A stretch of 64,000 nucleotides of DNA from Elsinoe ampelina (lineage: Eukaryota), in NCBI GenBank assembly GCA_010093995.1, contig ML992513.1, positions 803,203-867,202 of the forward strand, given 5' to 3'. Position 1 is the first letter of the stretch. The number at the start of each line of letters is the position of its first letter. The notes below the pieces were generated by a model that was not told the origin of the DNA, searched no databases, and was given only the letters and a program-made list of their open reading frames with translations. The translations under genes and the position numbers were made by a program. This document shows positions 41,370 to 51,375 of this stretch, in pieces.

Positions 41370-44300
41370 TAATACTAAAGTACTTTCTTTAAGCTTACTA
41401 GAGTAATTCTTTCTAATAATAAAGGTTTCTAGCTAATATATACTTTTCTAATCTACTATATAAGTCTTATATTAATAAGTTAAGTTTTATATACATCTCT
41501 AAAGAGATAGTAGATAATAATAAGTAGCTCTTAGCTAGCTCTAGCTTAGCTACTATTATAGCTAGGTTAAATAGCTAAAATAGTTAGTATACTCTTTTTT
41601 AGTATAGAGAATATACCTTTAATAATATTAATAATGTTCTTATATATATATACTACTATAACTCTAATATCTATATAAACTTTATTAACTATATATTAGA
41701 GATATATATCTATACCTAGACTCTATTTAATAATACTCTTTTTAATATTATTAGTACTATCTATAAAGAGAATATAATATTCTTAGATAATACTAGCTAG
41801 AAGAGTACCTTTCTAGAAGCCTTTATAACTTATAAAAGAGTTAGAGATAGAAGAAATAAGAGCTTAAAGTATAAGGTAGCTATTTTAAAGACTATCTTAG
41901 ATCTATATAACTTCTCTCTATATACTAAATAGTACTATAAGCTTACTAATACTACTCGTTAGAGGTTTAATTACTATACTAAGGACTAGATCTTCTACTT
42001 AACAATTAATATATTCTACTATACTACTATTATATATATCTCTACTACTAGTACTATTACTAGTTATAATATCTAGAGTACTAATAGTAAATAGGCCTAC
42101 GTTAAGGTTTAGACTAGCTAGCCTCTATAATTAAGAGACCTTACTAGTTTAGAGCTTATAGCTAACTATTCTAGCTACTAGGTTAAATACTATATATAGA
42201 ATTTACTTAGCTTCTTAGTAGAATTAGTTACCTCTATAGAAGTTAGCTATATTATAGAGAGAGAATCTTTAGTAATTACTATCTCTTCTATAGAGACTAT
42301 TAAGGTAGAGGCTACTATCTAAAATTAAAGATTAATAGCTAGTAATATAAATAGACTTACTACTATAGTAATTACTACTATAAGTAGTAGTTCTTAGATA
42401 ATTCTTAGTAATTCTATATCTAAGCCTAGCTTAGATCTAGAAGTCTACTATACTAAACTAGAACTAAGTAGCTTACTTTACTAGTCTAAGTATAATTACC
42501 TTACTATACTTAAGAATACTAATTAGAAAGAGACTATAATTCTAATAGTAGAGATAGCTATTAAGAATAGAGGTAAATTACTCTATAAGAGATACTACTA
42601 AGATAATAAAGAAGAAAAAGAAGAAGATACTAATTACTATAAAAGCTCTAGAGTAGTAATCTCTAACTACTTTATATCTATACCTATAAGGAAAAAGAGA
42701 AAGAGATATATAGTTAAAGAAGAAGATAAAAAGACCTATATATATAATAGTATCTTATAGACTATTAAGAGAGAGTTTAAGAGTTAAGAGCCTACTTCTA
42801 ACACTAAGAAGGCCTCTTTAGTTTATATCTAGTTATAGAAGAATATAGTAATAAAGGTAAAGGTCTACTATCTTTATACTTAAGCTCTAGTCTAGTATCT
42901 TTATTTTCTTACTAACTTCTTCTAAGATATACTTACCTACTATATTTACTACTAGTATACTACGTTCTAGAATAGTACTCTTAGTCTCTTTAGTATTTAT
43001 AGAGAGACTTTAGTATAGCTCTAGGCTTAATACTATTATATATATTCTTTAATAAAGTAAGGTATCTTTAAGTATAAGCTAAAGATAGTAAGGTAATGTA
43101 TTTCTAATAAGTAGAGGAAAGTAATTCTAGATAGTTTCTAAGAGAGGCTTTTTAAAGAGTAGACTACTAATAGAAATATAAGGCTAAGTATCTTTAAATA
43201 GTAGTTTAATAAGAAGAATAGTCTTACTATAATTTTCTTAGAGAAGATAGAGATATATTAATACTACTTTAAGTACTATATAGATAAGGCCTAGCTTAGC
43301 TAGTTACGTAATATGTTCTATTCTCTTAGCTAATAAGCTATATATATAGATCCTAGGTACTATTATATATATATTACTAGTTATTCTAATAGTCTTACTT
43401 AGTTAATCTTCTACTCTTACTATACTAAGTATACTTATACTAGAGACTATATATAGTTCTACTATATTAATATTAATCCTAGTTATCTTGTAGCTAGCTA
43501 TAGAATTAATACTATATAGAGTTCTATTAGTCTTAATAATAAGTCTAAGATAAACTTTACTCTTGTTATCTATAAGATATATTACTATATAAATAAGTAA
43601 GTTACTAACCTAAAGGAGTATAAGATTCTTAATAATACGCCTATTATTAATATTACTAATATATACTATATAGAAAAGAACACTAAGAAGTATAGAGCTA
43701 GTTAGAAGTACTTCTCTTATAAGGCTAGTAATATCTATCTTACTATACTATATACTCTATATAGTTCTACTAGTTCTACTAATAGAGTTCGTTATACTAT
43801 ACTTCCTTAGTTCTATAGGATTAACACTAATTATAAGACTCTTAAGTAATCTAAGAGTAGTATATATAGTTAACTTACTAATACTTATATATAGAAGAAG
43901 CTTAGTTCTTTAATATTCTCTAGTAAGCCTAATATATATAGAACTATTTATTCTACCTTTTCTACTATAGTATACCTTTATATTAATAGCCTAGTAGAGA
44001 ATACTCTTATTAGTTAAGCTTAATAGAATAATTCTACTATTATCAAGGAGGTTAGAGTTTTACTTAGTATAGATCTAAATACTACTATAGATAGAGTAAA
44101 TAATATTTATATAGAGATTAACTAGGCTATCTATAAGGCTTAGAAGAAGGTTATTAAGTATAAGAAGGCCTACTTTACTAAGGCTTATTTATTCTTCTAT
44201 TATAAGGAGAAAGGCCTTACTACTACTCTCTATAATAATCTAAATTCTATTATAACTAGTTCTTTAGATATAGCTATAGATAGAGAGCTAAGATAAGGAA

Positions 44301-44510
44301 CTTTCTCTAGTATAGTTACTATAGAGGAGAATAGTAAAGAGAATATTAAGTTATTTAAGAATAAGAATAAGAACTTAACTAGAGAGAAGTTAGCTAGATA
44401 GTAGTACTAACGTTAGAAGACTAAGAATAAGGTAGCTAACTATACTAACGTACCTATTATTATAGTTACCTATTATCTTCGTTAGTGTAGAAGTAATAGT
44501 TATATAGCTT
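41370..44510 (+). pseudogene. Extra ~1000-codon ORF of element X with a C-terminal PhyH-like Fe(II)/2-oxoglutarate dioxygenase domain (RIP-destroyed; ends approximate)
   Basis: One frame (position mod 3 = 2) reads protein-like at 41810, 42602, 43151, 43268 and 44129. De-RIP: GWLRNMF(H/Y)SLGQQ (43298-43336), F-R-H-I-D (His 43463, Asp 43469), QGS.SLDDE (43517-43543), PCKAGDIRLT.P.TPHGSTGPA..VRRT.LPWF (43715-43813; His 43760, Arg 43790). Confidence 0.72.
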
Positions 44511-44671
44511 ATTAAGAGAGATAGAGAGAAGTACTTTCTACGTAGCTAAGAGTTATCTTATTTAAGGTATTTAAGGAAAGGTAGCCTAGGTAGGTAAGTA
44601 TCTAGTATAGAGAAGTATAGAGTATTATTATTATTCGTGTCTAAGATAGACACTAGTAGAAAGAGAATAGT

Positions 44672-44867
44672 TATTATAGACTAAGATATAGATTATCTAA
44701 CCTATAGCTATTATTATAAAGAAATATTAAGATACGTAGATAGTATTATAGACAACTAATATAGTAATAGACATATATAATATAATAGACTAGTAGCTTT
44801 AATATAATAATAGTAATAAGACTAGAGTATATCTACTTAATACTAGAAAGTAACTTATACTATAATA
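44672..44867 (+). repeat. 3' LTR of element X
   Basis: Direct repeat of 10000-10195, preceded by purine tract AGAAAGAGAA. Confidence 0.88.
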
Positions 44868-45029
44868 ATAGTAGTTAAATAGTATAAGCTAGATAGTATA
44901 AGTTAGATCGCTAGTAGTTTACTAAGTAATTTATAGTAAGTATAGTTACGATTTAATATTAACTAGAGAAGAAAATATAAAGAGAGTAAAATTATAGTCT
45001 ATAAACTCTAGAAGAATATATAGGTATTA

Positions 45030-45330
45030 TATTTACTACTAGTTTATATCTCTATTTATAAGTTCTATAATTCTATCTCTTAGCTACTATAATTTAGCCT
45101 TAGTAGTAAGTATATTATTCTCTAGTACCTCTACTCTCTACTTAAGCTTCTTTATATAGCTTATAGTTACTAGTATTTAATTCTCTAGCTTCTTCTTTAT
45201 AAGTTAAGAGATATACCTCTAGCAATAGTAGTAGTAGTAGGTATAGAACTCTACTAGCTTATTAAGGAAGTAAGTATATAGCTTATTTACCTTTATATAC
45301 TATTTATAGGCACATTTACTAATATTACTT
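45030..45330 (-). pseudogene. RIP-degraded Cys/His-rich plus coiled-coil ORF fragment
   Basis: Minus strand de-RIP reads roughly KCA.KQC....PCTCFL.EPVEF.TC.HC.C.RCI followed by KLEQRVEVLE...L.QLRDRI.EL. Confidence 0.3.
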
Positions 45331-46746
45331 TTATCTATCTCTATAATATAGTTAATAGTGTCGTATATATAGAGTATTATAAAGTCCTTACTATACTTAT
45401 TACTACTATTCTTATAGACGTTAATAAGCTTAAACTAGTTAGACTTAGAGATAAACTAGAATCTAGCTAGATTTATAGTCTTAAGGTAGTAATATATATA
45501 TATAATAGAGTAGTAAATTAGTAGTAAATACTAGCTAAAGGAGCTATAAAGATATATATAGCCTTAGTATTACTAGTAGTTTTCTTAGAGGTATTAGAGC
45601 TATAGACATTATTATTAATTATAGTATCTAGTACTTATAGACTATACTTTCTAGAGTATAAAGTTAGTAGTAAACTAGCTATAAATATACTAAAATACAT
45701 ACTTAGTAGAGGTTACTTTAGTAGTATTAGCTATAGTAAATATTTAATTAAATTTAGAGTTATAATAATATAGTAGAGGTCTAATTAAACTATATAGTAA
45801 CTATAAGCTTATATATATTAAAGCTACTATTATTGTTGCTAGTTTAAATAGTAACAATAGTAATAATAGTAATAATATAAAGACCTAAAAGTAGAAAGAA
45901 ACAATAAATACTTACTAGATTAAGTCTTACTCTTAGAAGCTTAAATAGAGAATAATAGAGATCTATTCTAATAGTATTTATAGTATATTCGCCGCCGTAG
46001 TTGTATATTATAAGTAATATAAAGGTATTAGAGGTAGAAGTATAGGTAGAGTGCTAAGTACATTGCTACTTAGCTACTATAATAGGCACTAATTACACTA
46101 GTACTAAAATTAGCTTAAAAAAGATACTTTAACTTACATAGTAAGTAAATAGACTAAGCTAATTAATTTAGTGTTAATTATATAGAGATACTAGCGATAT
46201 TAGTAGAGTTAAAGAGGTGTAAACTTTAGTAATTTAGGATTTTATGTATTTTAACGTTTTAGCGGAAACCTAGTAGCAAGTTCTAGGTCTAGATTTATTA
46301 GCGAATCTATAGCGTATATAAAGAACAAGTAATACTAGAACTATAGCTTTTGCAGCGAGATTCTATCTTATCTACCTAAGTAGAGGCGCTAGCCTAAGGC
46401 AAATGCTATATTAGCTAATTTTAGGTTGCTATTCTTATACGATTACTTATAAGGCAAGAGATCATTTTTAGTCTAATAGTTCTCTTCTCTAATATCCCTT
46501 AACAAGATAAGACTAAGAGGCTAGCTAAATAGTACGCGTTATATTTACCGTAGACTACAGTAGAGGTCCTATCGACAAAAGCTAACATGACGACTAAAGT
46601 GAGTATTATAGTTAATTACAAACATTAATATAACTAATTGTAAGGTAGTCTAAAGGGGATTCGTATGACATGCGAGACTAATTATCTAGAAAACAAAACA
46701 ATGTGCTCGATCCGAACGAGCTAAGGTTTATATTACTTCTATAACC

Positions 46747-47094
46747 TCATTGTTTGCGCTGATCAAAATCAGCCTCTAGCTTCTTAGTAAGCTCGGCGGG
46801 AGTGTCGTCCTTCTTTATCACAACTTTGCTTGTTATAGCATAGCTGTCTACTAGGGCTACTTTCTTAACTCCTAGATCCTCTGCCTCGCGATTAGCTTAG
46901 AGAATTATCTTAGGCTCTCTATTGACCCGCGATCCTATGTCGAAACGGAAGTTGTATTTCTTGTCGTTCTTCGAGGTCTTACTAGGAAACAATCGGTCTC
47001 CTCGGTTTGCGGTCTCTGCTTTTTGCCGGACCTTGTCCCACTTGACTAAGGGGAGAAACTTGTCGAGTGCCTTTTTGGAAATGTTGTGCGGCAT
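46747..47094 (-). pseudogene. Small (115 aa) basic hypothetical protein gene with one RIP-type premature stop
   Basis: ORF MPHNISKK...EPKIIL stops at TAA 46897-46899 (CAA->TAA plausible), but the frame continues ANREAED.GVKK...ELTKKLEADFDQRKQ to TGA at 46747-46749. Confidence 0.65.
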
Positions 47095-47423
47095 TGTATC
47101 GGATGCGTCTATGTTCGTGCGGTTGTATAGTAATGTGCTCTGAGGGGATTGAAGATGTTTCTTGAACGAGAATCTGATTTGGACGATAATAGAGGGAGCA
47201 ATGCTGGCTTTATGTCTGCTTAGGAGCTCTTCGTTGGAGAGCCCCCTTTACCTAGCTGAAGCATAATGATACACAGAATTGCTCCTGCCCATCCATTCCA
47301 CCGGGGGAAATCTCTGTGGCGATGAGCGCTTCATGTATGGACAGGACGACACTGGAGCACACCGACATCCTGCAAACGCCAGTAGAGACACAGCAATCTT
47401 GGATCTCCCACTTCGTGACTGAA

Positions 47424-47506
47424 ACAAAGTATCATCCATGGCTCGTGCAGGCGAGTGATCATACAAAGTATCATCCATGGCTCGTGCAGGCGAGTGATCA
47501 TACAAA
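47424..47506. repeat. 39-bp perfect tandem repeat (2.1 copies)
   Basis: ACAAAGTATCATCCATGGCTCGTGCAGGCGAGTGATCAT twice. Confidence 0.95.
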
Positions 47507-47726
47507 CTAAGGCCATCAGCTGAGTCGCACAAACGAGATGGTGGCTGCGAGGGGTGCTCGCAGAGCGGGCCGAAATTCCGGGCGGCTGTTGTTGCACAAG
47601 CGTCCTCCCTTTGTGAATCAGTTACCCACATGTCTTCCCAGGTTCCACCTTCATACCAGGGTACCGCCGACTATTTCGCTGAAGCCCAAGGGCCCGAACA
47701 ATGCGTAGTCCGACATCACAGAACCG

Positions 47727-49577
47727 ATGTCACGCCATTTGTTTTCGCGGAAGCTTCATCGGCTTCTACAAAGACAACCTTCCCCCTCGAGAATAGGTTG
47801 CGTTCACGATCAGCAAACACGCAAAATGTTCTGGTCTCGTGGCGATGAGGACTTGTTCCGGTACACATCCGGTCGTTGGCTCTGGGACGAGGATCGACAA
47901 CTCAAACTGCGGTATCGCAAATTCAACGTCGCCAAGCTCAAGCAGTTCGCCATCGATGCTGCTGGAGCGAGGACCTGCAAGAGCATCGAAAAGATCGCGG
48001 AAGGAGGGAGTAATCGGGTATTCCGGCTCACGCTTGACTCTGGCTCTGTGATTGTCAGAGTCCCCTTGGTGAATGAAGCGCACATCTCTATCAGCATGGC
48101 CTCGGAGGTTGCCACTATGGAATTTGTATCTCACCTTTACTCGATGCTCTCCAACGTCAATCCCTCTGACTTTAGCAGGCCCGGACACTACTTGGACTGC
48201 CAGTCCCAAAAGTTCTAGCATGGAACAGTGATGAGGGAAATCCGGCAGGTATTAGCTACATGATTATGGAAGAAGCCAAAGGCAAACAACTGTCTTTGAT
48301 TTGGGACGACTTGGAACTGGCAGACAAGGTGGCAATCGTCACACAAGTCGCCAATGTGGCAGACACGATGACATCGGTGCGCTTCAACACGTTAGACCAT
48401 CTTAGCTTGCCCTACAATGTTCACTCACTGATTGGGTACAGTACTGGCAATCTTTTCTTCCGCTCCACTCCAACTGCTCCATCTTGTGATATTCAAGTCA
48501 AAGATGGGGTTCCGCAGCATGGTTCGGATCACACAATCTCCCGCTTCGTTATGGGACCTTCTGTTGCAAGTGGTTTCTGGGAGGGGGGAAGAGATTGTCT
48601 GGAGCTTGATAGGGGCCCCTGTGAGTCGCAGAGACCTCAACATGATCTCACCATCTGACAGCATCGTAGGGTCGAGCTCAATCGATTACGTCAGAGCTAT
48701 AGGACTCCGCGAGCTGGCGTGTGCCGAGACAGGGAAGCCAAGTCTAGTTCGAGCCCGGACTGTCATGCAGAATCAACGTGAGGGTGTCAACGGCGATACG
48801 GGCGACATCATCTCGTTGTACCGCAAGTTTCTGGAAGTTGCGGATGCGTTGTGTCCGAAGGAACCCGAGCTTGATGCCTCAGTTCTCTGGCATTGGGATC
48901 TCCGCGCCCCAAATATTTTCGTAGAAGACAACCGGATCTCAGCGATCATCGATTGGCAAGACGTCTGGATAGGCCCACTCCATCTTCAAGCCGAGCATCC
49001 ACCACTCATTGACTATGATGGTCCGCAGATACTGGACATGCCTGAAGAGTACAAGTCCTTGACAGATGAAAAGGAACGTCAACGAATTCGAGATCAAGTT
49101 TGCAAGTCGCTCTTGCTCTACACCTATGAGTACGAGATGCAAAAGCGAGGCAGCGTGGTCGACTCGGTTCTGCACCTGGCTCACGGGAAAACCATTCGAG
49201 AGACTATCTACTTCGCCACTCACTTGCGAAATGAGGGACTGGGACCCCTCAGACAATGTCTGATGCGTATCGAACAGTAAGTATATGGAACATTCCCCAT
49301 CCAGATGAGTCAATCACGCTGACCGGGCAGGAATTGGTCTGAGATCGGCGGAGACAGACCTTGCCCCTTCGCTTTCTCTGCTGCGGAGCTTGAGCAGCAC
49401 TATGCTTCTGCGAAAGAGTGGAATGCTGAAGCGGACTTTTGGGACGGATTGGATGGTCTGGTCATGAAGGACGGGTGGACGAGCAACGAAGATTATGAAG
49501 ATGCCCTGGCTTTCTTCGAAGGTTTGGGAGAAGAAGGTCGTATATTTCTAGACTACAAATGCCATCCTGCTCCGTGA
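47727..49577 (+). CDS. APH/choline-kinase-like phosphotransferase family protein (AIM9-like), 5 exons
   Basis: Motifs DLFRYTSGRWLWDE, KIAEGGSNRVF, ASEVATMEF, LPVPKVLAW, LWHWDLRAPNIFV, IIDWQ. GT-AG introns at ~48126-48178, ~48391-48441, ~48621-48669, 49277-49330; stop TGA 49575-49577. Start codon uncertain. Confidence 0.88.
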
Positions 49578-49765
49578 TAATGCAGCACGGCTCATCGAAT
49601 ATGATCCTAACAAGGCACGCTTATGCACGAAAAATTGACTGGCTTGCCGCGCAAAGATGGTCACGTGCCCGGCGGAAGTAACGCCACTAAACAACTTTTG
49701 TCTCAAGACACCTTCTTGCTCTGCTATAACGCTGAACCATCAACATCTTGCGCACAAGCTAAGTG

Positions 49766-51247
49766 ATGGCTCACCGAGCCGTCCCGCTGCATGTCGCCTA
49801 CGCAAAAGCTCCTCACGGATGGACCGCCGATGCTGAGAAGAAGTCTCGTGCTGGTGTCGGAGAATCGACAACAACGACGCCACTAGACTCGCCACGACAC
49901 CCTGACAAAGCCTACTTGCATCTTCCGGACGAGATACTACTTGAGATCATCTCCTACCTAGATCCCAAGAATTTCGCATACGACTATGGAAAAGCGGAGA
50001 AACAGCGTGACCTACATGCATTCAGTCTGGTGAATTCTCAGTGGAATGCTATAGCCACACCAGTTCTCTACTTTTCTCCACGACTGGAGGGTTCACACTA
50101 CGACAAATTCACGCGAACGATCTGCCCTTCGATCAATCTCAATGTGCGGAAGTCACCATTGTCCTCATTCGTCCGCGAGCTCGATTTGTCTCTGCTGGTA
50201 CATCAAGGAAGCAAATCGACCACTGCTCGACTCCTTGGTCGGACGAAGGAAAGATTACAAACATTCACAGCGCCCCAAGCATCTTTCAGCCTCAATTGCT
50301 ATCCAGCTCTATCAAAATGCCATGCCCTGAAGAAGCTGGACCTATCTCTGGTGTCTGAGATTTCCAGCCTGAAGACTCTCTTCGAAGTCACTGCAGGTCT
50401 CGAAAGTCTGAAGGACTTTGATCTACCTCGATCTTCCGGGTTCGGCAATAACATTAATCCTGCAACCATCAAGTGGCCACCCAACCTCGACAGCCTGGGA
50501 CTGTCAGGAGGTTTGAGCAGCCAATTCTGGACGGGCCAGTTCCATCTTCCTGCTGGACTGATGACCGTCAGCATCACGCACTGCCCGAAATTCGACGATG
50601 ACTGCCTCCATGCTTTCTTCCTCACGCTCATATCATCCGATTGTATCATTTGCCATCTCGCGTTTGCCCACCTTCCCCTGCTGCAATCAGACTCACTTGA
50701 CTGCGTATTGGATATGTTTCCCTTCTTGTTGACACTGGAAGTCAGCGTGGACTATGTCACGCCCGAAGTCCTGAACCCAGCTGAAGCGCGGATCGATCCG
50801 ACCAGTGCCAGATATCTCAGCGATGGGGAGGAATACTACTCTGGGAGCGAGGAGGATGAGGTGCATCTGGAGACTTCGGACCAGCCAGACCACGAGAATC
50901 GGGCAGAAAATGTCTCGGTCCCATCAGATGGCGACCTGATCCCAAACAAGCAGCGAAGGAGGAAGCCGCGGCTGAGAAGTATTGTGAAACTGGAGCATCT
51001 CGAACTCTCGGACAGCGGCGAGAGGGACAATACGGAGAAGATTGAACCATTAGACGTACTAATGTATGCCGATGACTATGGTATGGTCCCAAGGTTAGTC
51101 AGAGTGGCAGTGGCAAAGTCGTTGAATTGGACTGGCGAGAATCTGGAGGGTGATTGTGATGCTCTTGATGACTGGTTGGTGGAGAATGCAAGAGCGAGAA
51201 ACCCCCCGGGTGAAGAATGGTGGTCTGGTGTGCGAACCTTTGGGTGA
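49766..51247 (+). CDS. F-box / leucine-rich-repeat protein
   Basis: Intact ~493-aa ORF with F-box LPDEILLEIISYL...L..FSLVNSQW and LRR-like repeats (LKKLDLS, LDSLGLSG, LTLEVS, LEHLELS). Confidence 0.88.
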   Translation: MAHRAVPLHVAYAKAPHGWTADAEKKSRAGVGESTTTTPLDSPRHPDKAYLHLPDEILLEIISYLDPKNFAYDYGKAEKQRDLHAFSLVNSQWNAIATPVLYFSPRLEGSHYDKFTRTICPSINLNVRKSPLSSFVRELDLSLLVHQGSKSTTARLLGRTKERLQTFTAPQASFSLNCYPALSKCHALKKLDLSLVSEISSLKTLFEVTAGLESLKDFDLPRSSGFGNNINPATIKWPPNLDSLGLSGGLSSQFWTGQFHLPAGLMTVSITHCPKFDDDCLHAFFLTLISSDCIICHLAFAHLPLLQSDSLDCVLDMFPFLLTLEVSVDYVTPEVLNPAEARIDPTSARYLSDGEEYYSGSEEDEVHLETSDQPDHENRAENVSVPSDGDLIPNKQRRRKPRLRSIVKLEHLELSDSGERDNTEKIEPLDVLMYADDYGMVPRLVRVAVAKSLNWTGENLEGDCDALDDWLVENARARNPPGEEWWSGVRTFG

Positions 51248-51375
51248 TTTTCGAAAGCGGCAGAGCGATCTTGAGTAATGCATGATTGTATTGTATGTGT
51301 CTTTGGCATGTATGTACGGGTATCTTGTGGTCGTCTAATCATTTCCAGCTGTTTCAACTGACTATGCGGATGCCA

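Larger units (their letters stand above)
10000..44867 (+). mobile_element. Large Ty3/Gypsy element X (~11 kb of own sequence) hosting five nested insertions (four direct, with nested elements inside) and an extra 3' ORF
   Basis: 196-bp direct LTRs at 10000-10195 and 44672-44867, purine tract before the 3' LTR, flanks ATAG/ATAG. Own segments: 10196-10480, 21784-29629, 41171-44671. Gag FFDGSEVTEFI (~22450), Zn knuckle C.FC....H....C (~23266-23310), protease LDSGAECNL (~24480), RT D.FSGYNQ / TPLGL...TTL.QGATNS / F.DD (~26010-26215), RNase H (~27170-27540), integrase with GPY-type C-terminus (~27900-28900). No chromodomain seen. Confidence 0.85.
1..46500. other. AT-rich RIP-mutated heterochromatin-like block (nested transposon graveyard)
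   Basis: Pervasive TA dinucleotides and near absence of CA/TG. Only one 60-aa ORF in the track. Paired LTRs differ almost only by C/T and G/A transitions. Confidence 0.97.

Noticed and set aside
41370..44510. Interpreting the X extra ORF as env or as a TET/JBP enzyme
   Set aside because: It is in the env position but shows no signal or transmembrane pattern I can read, and its motifs fit PhyH-like rather than TET/JBP context. The substrate cannot be assigned from sequence.
1..46500. Centromere, telomere or organellar origin of the AT-rich block
   Set aside because: No telomeric repeats or organellar genes; AT richness is explained by RIP. Centromere status cannot be judged without chromatin data.
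47424..47506. CRISPR-like repeat
   Set aside because: Adjacent copies with no spacers, eukaryotic context and no cas genes.
47248..47848. Several short overlapping ORFs around the 39-bp repeat
   Set aside because: No recognisable motifs; the repeated peptides simply reflect the DNA repeat.
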